Origin: a virus
Strand: one strand, 5' to 3'
Length of the DNA stretch: 64,000 bases
Virus record (IMG/VR): IMGVR_UViG_3300042287_000745
Location: 1 to 64,000 of that record
Made by a program: the position numbers and the translations under genes. The notes beneath the pieces were generated by a model. The model was not told the DNA's origin. It searched no databases and worked only from the letters and a program-made list of their open reading frames with translations. Positions 10,357 through 20,236 of the stretch are shown piece after piece; position 1 is the first letter of the stretch; every line of letters begins with the position of its first letter.

Positions 10357-10876
10357 TGTTTTTTGGGCAGGCACAGTTTCAGGCAAAAAGGTAGTTTCTA
10401 TCTTTAATAATCCTACGGGGCAAACGGGTAGTAATACTCCATTGAATAATCCGTTGAATAGTTTAGATCGTATATATTTTGATACTCGTTTTGAGTATTT
10501 TAATATTTTATGGAAAACTAATTTTGTGCAATCGTATTCAAACATTGAAGTAAATACCGATGAGAATAATAAAAAAGGCAAGAGCGCACCTAATTTCCCA
10601 AATCATGGAACCAATATCTACACAATAGCAAATCACAATTTTGGATTTGTTCCATGTGCAATATTATTAGATTCGGATACAAATGAAATTATAGGCGCAA
10701 ATACTTTTGTTCAAAATTTGAATAATAATTCTTTTAGATTGGCGACATTAATGATGGATAGTACAAAATTTTATATTAAAGAAAATTATTTTGTTAGATT
10801 AGAGCCTTTATCGTATGTAACTAAAAGATATACAATATTAGCGTTTAACAATATTGCTAACGTACCAACAATATAA
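10346..10876 (+). CDS. Hypothetical tail-tip-associated protein
   Basis: Tightly coupled ORF in the structural operon; beta-rich. Confidence 0.55.
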   Translation: MSTNVFWAGTVSGKKVVSIFNNPTGQTGSNTPLNNPLNSLDRIYFDTRFEYFNILWKTNFVQSYSNIEVNTDENNKKGKSAPNFPNHGTNIYTIANHNFGFVPCAILLDSDTNEIIGANTFVQNLNNNSFRLATLMMDSTKFYIKENYFVRLEPLSYVTKRYTILAFNNIANVPTI

Positions 10877-10877
10877 T

Positions 10878-12023
10878 ATGTCTAACGTATACCTGTTAAA
10901 CGCATCACAAAATTTAGTAACACTTGGAAATGTATTTAGTACAGAAAGAAGTTATCTATATAAAAATATAGATCAATTTAATAATTCTGCAAGTTACTCT
11001 TTTACAAAAACATTACTATCTGCCGATTTGCGAGTTTATAGAGAAACTGCAACAGGTATTTCATTGACAACATATTCAGATATACAAACTCGAGAAAATT
11101 TAGGACAAGATATTCCAACAAAGGGTCCGTTTATAGAAAATTATTCCGTAAATGGTGTTTTAGATGTTAACTCATTTGTTAATCTTTTACTTATAGATAA
11201 GCCCCCTGTTAGAACTGGATTTTTTGATTTCTTCATTGGCGGTTACACTTTTTCGGGATTTATCACAAAATTAGATCAGTATATACATTACAATTGGCAG
11301 GAAGTTGCAGGAAAATATGATTATGTGGAGCAACCTACGACTTTAGGATATGGTATAGAAATAAGTAAAAATTCACTATATAGATCAGAATTACAATCCG
11401 ACGGAACTTATATAATATTCCCAACAGATTTAAATATATTCCTACAGAATTTAAATGGGAATGAGGAAATAATATCTACGTCATCTATTGCAAACCCCAA
11501 TAGTTATTTAAATGTTATACCTGGATTGCCCGGAGACACTGCAGGGTCATTACCAATTAATCTTTTTTATATCTCAACTGCAGATGCATTAAGGTATATA
11601 GCAAGCTATTCGGATTTAATATTATCATTAGGAGCAGATCCTGTTGCAGGGCAAATACATTACGCAAATGAACGTGAAGACCGCACAATAACATTTGATC
11701 CAATTGCATATCTTAACAAATATTCGGATATACGAAGTCAATATGGGTATGATACTTATAATGCAACTATACATTATATAACTATAGGATATTCCCAAGG
11801 TAGAACAATAACAGAAGCTAGTGCGGAAAATTCATTAGAAGGCGGGTTGTATGATGAACGGTCAGGGGCAATTACATTAACAAATACGAATATAATTTGG
11901 CCACTAGGAGAAACTTTGGTTGGTCAAGGGGCTGCATTAACATACAAATATAATATTAAAAATTATTTTTTTAATTCTGCACTTAATATTAATTCGAATC
12001 TACTTTACCTTGGAGTGCAGTAA
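10878..12023 (+). CDS. Hypothetical virion protein with YIASYxDL...HY...GR surface-protein-like repeats
   Basis: ATG 10878 follows the previous stop. Contains ALRYIASYSDLILSLG...IHY and FDPIAYLNKYSDI...IHYITIGYSQGRT. Confidence 0.55.
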   Translation: MSNVYLLNASQNLVTLGNVFSTERSYLYKNIDQFNNSASYSFTKTLLSADLRVYRETATGISLTTYSDIQTRENLGQDIPTKGPFIENYSVNGVLDVNSFVNLLLIDKPPVRTGFFDFFIGGYTFSGFITKLDQYIHYNWQEVAGKYDYVEQPTTLGYGIEISKNSLYRSELQSDGTYIIFPTDLNIFLQNLNGNEEIISTSSIANPNSYLNVIPGLPGDTAGSLPINLFYISTADALRYIASYSDLILSLGADPVAGQIHYANEREDRTITFDPIAYLNKYSDIRSQYGYDTYNATIHYITIGYSQGRTITEASAENSLEGGLYDERSGAITLTNTNIIWPLGETLVGQGAALTYKYNIKNYFFNSALNINSNLLYLGVQ

Positions 12024-12505
12024 TGGGTATTACTTTAGAAAAAGATAATTTTAGTATAACTAATAGTGCCGGCGATCTTAAGTTTTCTTTAGATAGAAGA
12101 ATGCCGCATATAATATACAACATCCCAGGCGTATTATCTATACCTACGGTATTGGGCGCTGATCCTAATGCAACATATGTCAATAGAACTGATGAATTTG
12201 TATTGATAAATAATTCTACAATCACCGATCAAAATTATTTCTTAATGCCATTTTATACTATTAACGGCGGAATCTCCGATTCAGGATCATATGTAGTTAG
12301 CGGAACAGGTTCAACAATTGTGCGTGTAATACGACAACCTAGTACAGGATTATTATTAGGATCTAGTATAATAACAACAGTTGTTGAATCGGGCGTGTTA
12401 AAAATTGTATGCAAAAATAATTTCGATAGACAAGGTTATAACACCGTAGAAGGTGATGCAATTGTAAATCTTGCGTATAGAGTCTATTATGGTAGATTTA
12501 GATAA
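12023..12505 (+). CDS. Hypothetical tail-associated protein
   Basis: TAATG coupling and GGAG RBS. Confidence 0.55.
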   Translation: MGITLEKDNFSITNSAGDLKFSLDRRMPHIIYNIPGVLSIPTVLGADPNATYVNRTDEFVLINNSTITDQNYFLMPFYTINGGISDSGSYVVSGTGSTIVRVIRQPSTGLLLGSSIITTVVESGVLKIVCKNNFDRQGYNTVEGDAIVNLAYRVYYGRFR

Positions 12506-12516
12506 GGAGCAATACT

Positions 12517-12735
12517 ATGAGTTTAAATATAACTAATGTTGCAGTAAATTATTTCGAAGATGTGACTAAAGTTACGGTAGAAGTTTACGAAATGCGAGGT
12601 TCTATAGAACGCCTTACTGATAAATTGTTAATAACATTACAAGGCAAATATCAGCAAATTGATGACGTTCTATTAGATATTATTGGAAAAGAAATGATAA
12701 AAAACGGTTTCGAATACGCACCAACTGTAAACTAA
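12517..12735 (+). CDS. Hypothetical protein
   Basis: AAGGAG RBS; operon context. Confidence 0.55.
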   Translation: MSLNITNVAVNYFEDVTKVTVEVYEMRGSIERLTDKLLITLQGKYQQIDDVLLDIIGKEMIKNGFEYAPTVN

Positions 12736-12736
12736 A

Positions 12737-13069
12737 ATGGCAACAACAAAAAATTTAATTATTGATCAGGGCGCTACATTTACTGAATATATAGAATATT
12801 TAGATAATAGTAAAAATCCTATCTCGTTATCCGGATATACTATTTCTAGCGAAATGCGAAGATCGTATCCTGCTGCAAATTCTATAGTTTTTACCTCAGC
12901 TATTATTGATGCTGCAAACGGCAATGTTCAAGTATCTTTAGTTGCATCTGCTACTGCAAATTTAAAATCAGGCAGATATTTGTATGATGTACTTGCTACT
13001 TCAGGTAATATTGTATTAAGAATAATAGAAGGAATTGTCACGGTTAATCCGGGAGTAACACATGGCTAA
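12737..13069 (+). CDS. Conserved T4-like virion structural protein
   Basis: NLIIDQGATF...GRYLYDV...RIIEGIVTVNPGVT family, usually found just upstream of gp13. Confidence 0.7.
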   Translation: MATTKNLIIDQGATFTEYIEYLDNSKNPISLSGYTISSEMRRSYPAANSIVFTSAIIDAANGNVQVSLVASATANLKSGRYLYDVLATSGNIVLRIIEGIVTVNPGVTHG

Positions 13070-13805
13070 AGTAACATCCAGAGAAGGTCTACGAGACTAT
13101 TGCCTACGTAGGTTAGGATCACCTGTTCTTGAAATAAACGTAGATGACGATCAAGTGGAAGATAGAATTGACGATGCCTTCCAATTTTATCGTGAATATC
13201 ATTATGATGCTATAGAACGGGTATATTTAAAACATCAAATTACGCAAGAAGATAAAACTAATCAATATATTACTGTACCCGATACGGTTGTGGGCGTGCA
13301 GGAAATTTTTCCATTTACAAATAAATCAGATGGATTGAATCTTTTTAGCTTAAAATATCAAATTATGATTAACGATTTGTATAGTTTAATGTCTACGGAT
13401 TTGATTTACTATTACACTGTGAAAAGAGAAATTGAATTAATTAACCAATTACTTGTAGGGCAAAAGCCAATCAGATTTAATCGTCATATGAATAGACTTT
13501 TTATTGATATGGATTGGAGTGCTGATGTCGCCGTAGGCGAATATCTGTTAGTTGATTGTTACCGAATATTAGATCCGGAAACATATCGGGATGTGTATGA
13601 TGATAGATTCCTTAAAATGTATACTACTGCTTTGATTAAACGGCAATGGGGAGATAATCTTAAGAAGTTTTCCGGTATGCAATTACCTGGCGGAGTAACG
13701 CTTAACGGTGAAACGATTTATAATGAAGCTATGGTAGAGATCAAACAAATTGAAGATGATATACAATCCAGTTTTCAGCTACCTGTAGACTTTTTTACAG
13801 GCTAA
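13062..13805 (+). CDS. gp13: Neck protein gp13
   Basis: LRDYCLRRLGSPVLEINVDDDQVEDRIDDA; KRQWGDNLKKF...LPGGVTLNG. Confidence 0.95.
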   Translation: MAKVTSREGLRDYCLRRLGSPVLEINVDDDQVEDRIDDAFQFYREYHYDAIERVYLKHQITQEDKTNQYITVPDTVVGVQEIFPFTNKSDGLNLFSLKYQIMINDLYSLMSTDLIYYYTVKREIELINQLLVGQKPIRFNRHMNRLFIDMDWSADVAVGEYLLVDCYRILDPETYRDVYDDRFLKMYTTALIKRQWGDNLKKFSGMQLPGGVTLNGETIYNEAMVEIKQIEDDIQSSFQLPVDFFTG

Positions 13806-13854
13806 TTAATAATGGAATATAATAATGTAGTGTTTATTAATAGGGTACATAGAG

Positions 13855-13883
13855 ATGATAACACCTTGTCAATAGAAAGTCAA
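13855..13883 (-). promoter_or_regulatory. Antisense sigma70-type promoter TTGACT-N17-TATCAT pointing into gp13
   Basis: The minus strand reads TTGACT ttctattgacaaggtgt TATCAT and shares AGGTGT before the -10 box with the promoters at 44810 and 47071. Confidence 0.55.
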
Positions 13884-13891
13884 TACTAAAA

Positions 13892-14632
13892 ATGGCAACA
13901 GTTAACCATTATTTTCAATCTGGTAAGAACATAGGTCGTGCCTCTGAGCAGAATATCTATGAAGATTTAATTATTGAATCGATGAAAATTTATGGATTCG
14001 AAGTCTATTATATACCACGTACTCCTAGTAACTATGATAATGTTCTAACTGAAGACCCAACTAATACTTTTGATCACGCTTACCCAATTGAGATGTATTT
14101 ACAATCTAATAATGGGTTCGAAGGTGATAGCGAATTATTAACGAAATTTGGTGTTGAGATTAGAGATTCGGCTACATTTGTTGTCGCAAGAAAACGTTGG
14201 TCAGATGTAATTGGTAGCACAGGTAATTCTATATTAACTAGACCGGCAGAAGGTGACGTAATTTATTTTCCGTTGACAAAAGGTTTTTTTGAGATACGAA
14301 AAGTCGAACATGCCGTACCATTTTATCAGGTAGGCAAATTATATGTTTACACCCTATATGGGGAATTGATGCAATATTCTAATGAAAGATTTAACACCGG
14401 TGTTGCTGAAATAGATCAATTGGCATCTGGTTATGATTTGGGTATAGATAACTTTGAAATAATTTCCGAAAGCGGAGATAGTATATTATTAGAAACTTCT
14501 GAATTAACTCCAATGGTATTAGAGGATTATACTTCGAATAAGCCAACGGTTGGTGCAGATAATGAAAAAATACGAGCAGAAAAAAATGCAGTTTTGGATT
14601 TTTCTGAACGAAATCCGTTTGGAGATCCTTAA
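13892..14632 (+). CDS. gp14: Neck protein gp14
   Basis: EQNIYEDLIIESMKIYG, LLTKFGVEIRD, RPAEGDVIYFP, DFSERNPFG. Confidence 0.95.
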   Translation: MATVNHYFQSGKNIGRASEQNIYEDLIIESMKIYGFEVYYIPRTPSNYDNVLTEDPTNTFDHAYPIEMYLQSNNGFEGDSELLTKFGVEIRDSATFVVARKRWSDVIGSTGNSILTRPAEGDVIYFPLTKGFFEIRKVEHAVPFYQVGKLYVYTLYGELMQYSNERFNTGVAEIDQLASGYDLGIDNFEIISESGDSILLETSELTPMVLEDYTSNKPTVGADNEKIRAEKNAVLDFSERNPFGDP

Positions 14633-15382
14633 ATGTTAGATCAAAGATTTTATTGGGGAACAGTTAGAAAAGCTATTGTTGCTTTTGGTAATATGTTCAA
14701 TAGTATAACCATTGAACGAAAAGATGGTAACGGTAATACTATAAATGTACAACGGGTACCGTTATCGTATTCTCCTAAACAGAAATTTTTAGCTAGAATA
14801 AATCAACAACCAACTATTGAAACAAATCAATTTCAGGTTATTTTGCCTAGAATGGGGTTTGAGTTAGTATCTTTAGATTATGATCCTAACCGAAAAGTTA
14901 GCCCGATACAACAGACAAGAGCATTAGATTCAAGTACTACAGCAAGTACACAATATGCTCCTACTCCGTATAATCTATCTATGCTGCTTTATATCTATGC
15001 AAGGAATCAAGATGATGGTTTGCAAATAATTGAACAAATATTGCCTTACTTTAATCCGGACTACAATTTAACTTTAAAGGCAATCCCAGAATTAAATATA
15101 CAAAATGACCTTCCTATCTTATTAAATACAATTGGATTTGAAGATGATTACGAAGGTGATTTTGTAACCAGACGATCTGTGATGTGGACACTTGGGTTCA
15201 CGGTTAAACTTAATTTTTATGGTCCTATTAATAAACAAGGGGTAATTAAAAAGGTTATTGCCAATACCTTTAATTCTCCAGATTTGACGAACCAACAACA
15301 AAAGATTACAGTAGAACCAGATTCCCCCACTGCAAATGTAAATGACACTTATGGTTATGTAGAAAGTTTTGAAGATTTTTAA
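14633..15382 (+). CDS. gp15: Tail sheath stabiliser/terminator gp15
   Basis: VRKAIVAFGNMFN, VPLSYSPKQKF, LPRMGFE, QIIEQILPYFNP. Confidence 0.95.
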   Translation: MLDQRFYWGTVRKAIVAFGNMFNSITIERKDGNGNTINVQRVPLSYSPKQKFLARINQQPTIETNQFQVILPRMGFELVSLDYDPNRKVSPIQQTRALDSSTTASTQYAPTPYNLSMLLYIYARNQDDGLQIIEQILPYFNPDYNLTLKAIPELNIQNDLPILLNTIGFEDDYEGDFVTRRSVMWTLGFTVKLNFYGPINKQGVIKKVIANTFNSPDLTNQQQKITVEPDSPTANVNDTYGYVESFEDF

Positions 15383-15823
15383 ATGAAAAATTTAGAGAAT
15401 TTGCACGATTTGTTTGATATAGATCCAGTTATGGAACAGACCAATGCTCTTACTACGGCACCTGTTGCGTCAAATTTAAATTCTAATAAGGAAACAGATC
15501 AAGAAGAAGATTATCAATTAGCAAGAAATACTCTTCGTACTCTTATTATACAGGGCGGAGACACTTTAGAAAATCTTATAGAACTTTCTAAAAATTCTGA
15601 AACTCCTAGACATTATGAAGTTGCCGGGCAATTTATTAAAACATTATCCGATGTATCTAAGGATTTGCTTGCATTGCAAAAACAAGTTAAAGAATTAGAC
15701 AAAGATAAACCAGCAGGACATGGGCACATCGGTACTCAGAATAATGTAGTATTTGCAGGTTCAACTGCTGAACTTATGAAATTATTGGGCAATAAAAATG
15801 ATAGTATCAGCATCGACCAGTAA
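15383..15823 (+). CDS. gp16: Terminase small subunit gp16
   Basis: DYQLARNTL, PRHYEVAGQ, NNVVFAGSTAELMKLL. Confidence 0.9.
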   Translation: MKNLENLHDLFDIDPVMEQTNALTTAPVASNLNSNKETDQEEDYQLARNTLRTLIIQGGDTLENLIELSKNSETPRHYEVAGQFIKTLSDVSKDLLALQKQVKELDKDKPAGHGHIGTQNNVVFAGSTAELMKLLGNKNDSISIDQ

Positions 15824-17483
15824 GAAAATTTCTTATAATGGTAATCCAAATTTAAAACAAGTTGGTACCACCATATCATACACTTCCGAACAAGTATCGG
15901 AATTAATGAAGTGCATTCAAAATCCTATATATTTTATTGAAACATATTGCAAAATTGTTTCTTTAGATAAAGGATTAATTCCCTTTACTTTGTATGAATG
16001 CCAAAAAAGAAAAGTTGATCTTATTCTTAATAATCGCAAAGTTATATTAATGGAAGGTAGACAACAGGGTAAAACAATTACTTCTGCTGCATGTATTCTA
16101 TGGTATACTTTATTTCAGTCTAATAAAACGGTTGCTATTCTAGCAAATAAATCTAGCGCAGCAAGAGAAGTATTATATCGGTATGAATTGATGTATGAAT
16201 GTTTACCTATCTGGATGCAACAAGGTGTTAAGACATTCAACAAAGGCGATATTGAATTAGAAAATGGATCTAGAATTTTTACCGCTGCTACAAGTTCTTC
16301 GGGTATTCGAGGAAAATCTGTTAATTGGTTATATATTGATGAAGCGGCAATTATTCCCAATAATGTAGCTGAGGATTTTTTCACTTCTGTATATCCAGTT
16401 GTATCTGCAGGTGAAACAACAAAAATTCTTCTAACTTCCACTCCATTAGGTTATAACCATTTTTGGAAATTTTGGAATGAAGCAGAACAAGGCCTCAATG
16501 GATTTGTTCCAATGTTTATTCACTATAGCGAAATTCCTGGTAGAGATAAAAAATGGGCAGATGAACAAAGGGCTATTCTAGGTGAGCTTAAGTTTAACCA
16601 AGAAGTATTATGTAATTTCTTAGGTTCATCGAACACATTAGTTAATCCGGATACAATAGGCAGGATGTCATCTAAGCCGTACGTATATAGTAAAGATGGT
16701 TTAGATATAATTGTAGAGCCGGAAGAAGATCACGTCTATATGCTTGTGGCGGATACTTCTAGAGGCGTCGGAGGAGACCATTGCGCCTTTACGGTTATGG
16801 ATATAACAGCATACCCCTATACAGTGGTGGCAAAATATAGAAGCAATAAGATTAGTCCGCTATTATATCCTAACATTATACATAAGGTTGCTAAAGATTA
16901 CCATAAGGCATATTGTTTAATTGAGATAAACGATAACGGGCAACAAGTCGCCGACTCACTGTATACTGATCTTGAATATGAAAACGTATTCTTTGTAGGA
17001 AGTAATTCTAAATCTGGACAATATTTATCCGGTGGATTTAGTTCTGGAGCTACACTTGGAGTACGAACTACAAAATTAGTAAAAAGACTAGGCTGCACCG
17101 CTTTCAAAAGTATGGTTGAAAGTAACAAACTTTTGATACATGATACAGATATTATTGGAGAAATTTCAACCTTTATTGAAATACGTGGATTTTACAAAGC
17201 GGATGAAGGTTATCATGATGATCTTGTAATGACGTTGGTACTTTTTGCTTGGGCGTCAAATGAATCTTTCTTTAAAGATTTAACAGATACAAATCTGCGA
17301 AAAGTATTGTACGAAGAGCAATTCAAACAAATTGAAGAAAACCTTACTCCGTTTGGATTTATAGATGAGGGCCCTACTGAACGATCGGTGCCGGAAGAAG
17401 ATGTGAATGGAGATCTTTGGTTTTCGAATAGTAATGGTAAAGATATGAATAAAGTTGTGCTAAATTGGTTGGAAAAAGTCTAA
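15798..17483 (+). CDS. gp17: Terminase large subunit gp17
   Basis: YNGNPNLK, Walker A GRQQGKT, Walker B LYIDEAA, nuclease motifs ADTSRGVGGD and GYHDDLVM. Confidence 0.97.
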   Translation: MIVSASTSKKISYNGNPNLKQVGTTISYTSEQVSELMKCIQNPIYFIETYCKIVSLDKGLIPFTLYECQKRKVDLILNNRKVILMEGRQQGKTITSAACILWYTLFQSNKTVAILANKSSAAREVLYRYELMYECLPIWMQQGVKTFNKGDIELENGSRIFTAATSSSGIRGKSVNWLYIDEAAIIPNNVAEDFFTSVYPVVSAGETTKILLTSTPLGYNHFWKFWNEAEQGLNGFVPMFIHYSEIPGRDKKWADEQRAILGELKFNQEVLCNFLGSSNTLVNPDTIGRMSSKPYVYSKDGLDIIVEPEEDHVYMLVADTSRGVGGDHCAFTVMDITAYPYTVVAKYRSNKISPLLYPNIIHKVAKDYHKAYCLIEINDNGQQVADSLYTDLEYENVFFVGSNSKSGQYLSGGFSSGATLGVRTTKLVKRLGCTAFKSMVESNKLLIHDTDIIGEISTFIEIRGFYKADEGYHDDLVMTLVLFAWASNESFFKDLTDTNLRKVLYEEQFKQIEENLTPFGFIDEGPTERSVPEEDVNGDLWFSNSNGKDMNKVVLNWLEKV

Positions 17484-17494
17484 TTGTTGGTAAT

Positions 17495-17502
17495 TATAAA
17501 TA
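17495..17502 (+). promoter_or_regulatory. T4-type late promoter TATAAATA upstream of gp18
   Basis: Exact gp55 consensus in an intergenic gap. Confidence 0.8.
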
Positions 17503-17554
17503 AATAGAAATCAAATTATAGAGAGATATCTATAAAATTATCAAGGAGAAGAAG

Positions 17555-20221
17555 ATGGCATTTCAGCTTTCACCTGGCGTTGTAGTTACCGAAGAAGATA
17601 GAACAACTGTTGTTCCCTCGGTTGCAACTACTGCGGGAGCATTTTCGGGCGCATTTCAATGGGGACCTGTTGAGCAAGTAGTAACTGTAGATTCTGAAGG
17701 AAAACTTGTAGAACAATTTGGTGTCCCAAATGATACAACTGCAGGATACTTCTTTACCGCAGCAAATTTCTTATCGTATGGAAACAATTTACAAATAACT
17801 AGAGTTGTTGATAAATCTTTAGCGCAAAATGCGGTATCGGTGCCAAATGGTACTGTTTCTGCTATCAATATTACATCAAGTGATCGTGGATTTTCTGATG
17901 TTAATAGCATCACGCTAACAATTAGTGCACCTACATCGCCATTTGGTGGTACGACAGCAACAGCAACGCCAATATTGTATTCGACGGGCAATGTTTTTGG
18001 GACGGGCATTTCTACTGCAGGCTTTGGTTATTCTGTTGCACCTACATTAGTTGTCAACGGAGACGGAGCTGGCGCTATATTAACTGCTTTATTAGGGGCA
18101 GGTCAAATCGGAGCAATTAATTTAATTAACTCTGGTAATAATTATACGACTTTATCCAATGTCGTAATACAGAATCAAGGTTCTACTAGTGCATCTGCTA
18201 ATTTAGATGTACACTTTAAATTAAAAGATATTCAAATATCTACAGCCGGTACAAATTACGGGGATGCGAATATTGTTGTATCTGGTGGTACACTTGTACC
18301 TGGTGGACAACATGCAACAATTGTTCCTGTAATAACAGGAAACGTAGTGTCGGGTTATACAATTACTAGCAGCGGCAATGGTTATTTAACTGCGCCAACT
18401 ATAACAGTAAATAGATTAGACGGCAACACCGGTGTTGATGCAGTATTAACTGCTAATTTAGGTTATGGGTATATTAATAAAATCACATTATTAAATCCTG
18501 GCGCTGGCGGGTATGCATTTGCTCCTAATGTTACACTTAATAGAAATAATACTTTAGGTGGAACTGACGCAACGGCAAATACGCGGTTAGAGGCAGAAAT
18601 TATTGATGTGGCAATTACAAATGCCGGATATGGATATACTGTTGCAAATGTATTGGTTGTTCCTGCTACGCAAGATTTGCCATATTTAACAAGTAATGCA
18701 GTTATATTAGCTCAAATAGGGTTTCAAGTTGTTGGTGCAAATATTACAAATTCGGGTAGCGGTTATGTTGCTACACCAACAGTAACAATCACTGAAAATA
18801 CAGAAGTTGCAAATGCTACGGTGACGGTAGATTATGTTTCTCCTTTAATTGAAAACAAAGATACATATATTTCTGCTTATAGCGCAGGTGGTTTAAATTA
18901 CGGTATGTTTGCTGCTAGATATCCTGGTGCAATGGGGAACAGTATAAAAGTTTCTTTAGCTGACTCTAGTACATACTCAGGATGGGCATATGCATCAGCG
19001 TTTGATTCTGCGCCAGGCACATCTGCGTTGGTTGCTGCAAAAGGTGGATCTAATGATGAAATACATGTAATTGTTATTGATGTCAGAGGAACATTTACCG
19101 GTACTCCTAATTCAGTATTAGAAAAATATTCGTTCTTATCTAAAGCATCAGATGCAAAGACATCGGATCAAGCATCAAATTACTATAAAGATGTAATTAA
19201 TGATAGATCAACATATGTTTGGGTATTAGATCATCCTAGTACAACTTTAGGTGGAACCAATTGGGGCCAAGTTGCTCAAGATACGACCTTCGGATCATTA
19301 ACAGCAAATGTCACAAATACATTAACACAGGGTGTATCTGGAGATACTGTTAGCATTGCAAATATTTTAACGGGTTATGCAATTTTCTCGAACGATGAGG
19401 CGTACGACGTTGGATTGATTCCGATGGGACCAACAACATCTTATACCGCAGTAAATTCGGTTATCGCAATTGCAGAAAGCAGAAGAGATTGCGTAGTATT
19501 TGCATCTCCTCCATATTCAGATGTGGTAAATACAACAGGACAGGCATCAAGAATAACTACATATAGAGACAATTTAACATCCTCATCTTTTGCGGTGTTA
19601 GATTCGGGATGGAAATATCAATATGATCGTTACAATGATAAATATAGATATGTTCCGTTGAATGGCGATATTGCAGGATTATCTGCTAGAACAGATTATA
19701 TTGCTGATCCTTGGTTCTCTCCTGCAGGATATAACAGAGGTGTAATTAAGAATGTTGTTAAATTAGCCTGGTCTCCATCTAAAGCAGATAGAGATACATT
19801 ATATAAAAAGGGCGTAAATCCTGTAGTAACATTCCCAGGACAAGGTACATTGTTATTCGGTGATAAAACATTGTTAGCAAGACCAAGTGCGTTTGATCGT
19901 ATTAATGTACGTAGATTGTTTATTGTTCTTGAAAAAGCAATTGCAACGGCATCAAAATTTCAGTTGTTTGAATTTAATGACGCATTTACGCGAGCACAAT
20001 TTAGAAATCTTGTAGAGCCATTCTTAAGAGATGTCCAAGGACGTAGAGGCGTTACAGACTTCAGAGTTGTTTGTGATGAAACAAACAATACTGGAGAAGT
20101 TATAGATCGCAATGAATTTGTTGCTGATATATACATTAAACCTGCTCGAGCAATCAATTTTATTCAATTGAATTTTATTGCAACAAGAACAGGCGTATCC
20201 TTCGAAGAAGTCGGCGCATAA
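17555..20221 (+). CDS. gp18: Tail sheath protein gp18 with an insertion of about 340 aa
   Basis: MAFQLSPGVVVTEED, FQWGP, PWFSPAGYNRG, LFGDKT, SAFDRINVRRLF, IKPARAINFIQLNF. Confidence 0.97.
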   Translation: MAFQLSPGVVVTEEDRTTVVPSVATTAGAFSGAFQWGPVEQVVTVDSEGKLVEQFGVPNDTTAGYFFTAANFLSYGNNLQITRVVDKSLAQNAVSVPNGTVSAINITSSDRGFSDVNSITLTISAPTSPFGGTTATATPILYSTGNVFGTGISTAGFGYSVAPTLVVNGDGAGAILTALLGAGQIGAINLINSGNNYTTLSNVVIQNQGSTSASANLDVHFKLKDIQISTAGTNYGDANIVVSGGTLVPGGQHATIVPVITGNVVSGYTITSSGNGYLTAPTITVNRLDGNTGVDAVLTANLGYGYINKITLLNPGAGGYAFAPNVTLNRNNTLGGTDATANTRLEAEIIDVAITNAGYGYTVANVLVVPATQDLPYLTSNAVILAQIGFQVVGANITNSGSGYVATPTVTITENTEVANATVTVDYVSPLIENKDTYISAYSAGGLNYGMFAARYPGAMGNSIKVSLADSSTYSGWAYASAFDSAPGTSALVAAKGGSNDEIHVIVIDVRGTFTGTPNSVLEKYSFLSKASDAKTSDQASNYYKDVINDRSTYVWVLDHPSTTLGGTNWGQVAQDTTFGSLTANVTNTLTQGVSGDTVSIANILTGYAIFSNDEAYDVGLIPMGPTTSYTAVNSVIAIAESRRDCVVFASPPYSDVVNTTGQASRITTYRDNLTSSSFAVLDSGWKYQYDRYNDKYRYVPLNGDIAGLSARTDYIADPWFSPAGYNRGVIKNVVKLAWSPSKADRDTLYKKGVNPVVTFPGQGTLLFGDKTLLARPSAFDRINVRRLFIVLEKAIATASKFQLFEFNDAFTRAQFRNLVEPFLRDVQGRRGVTDFRVVCDETNNTGEVIDRNEFVADIYIKPARAINFIQLNFIATRTGVSFEEVGA

Positions 20222-20236
20222 TAGGAGTAAGAAGAA

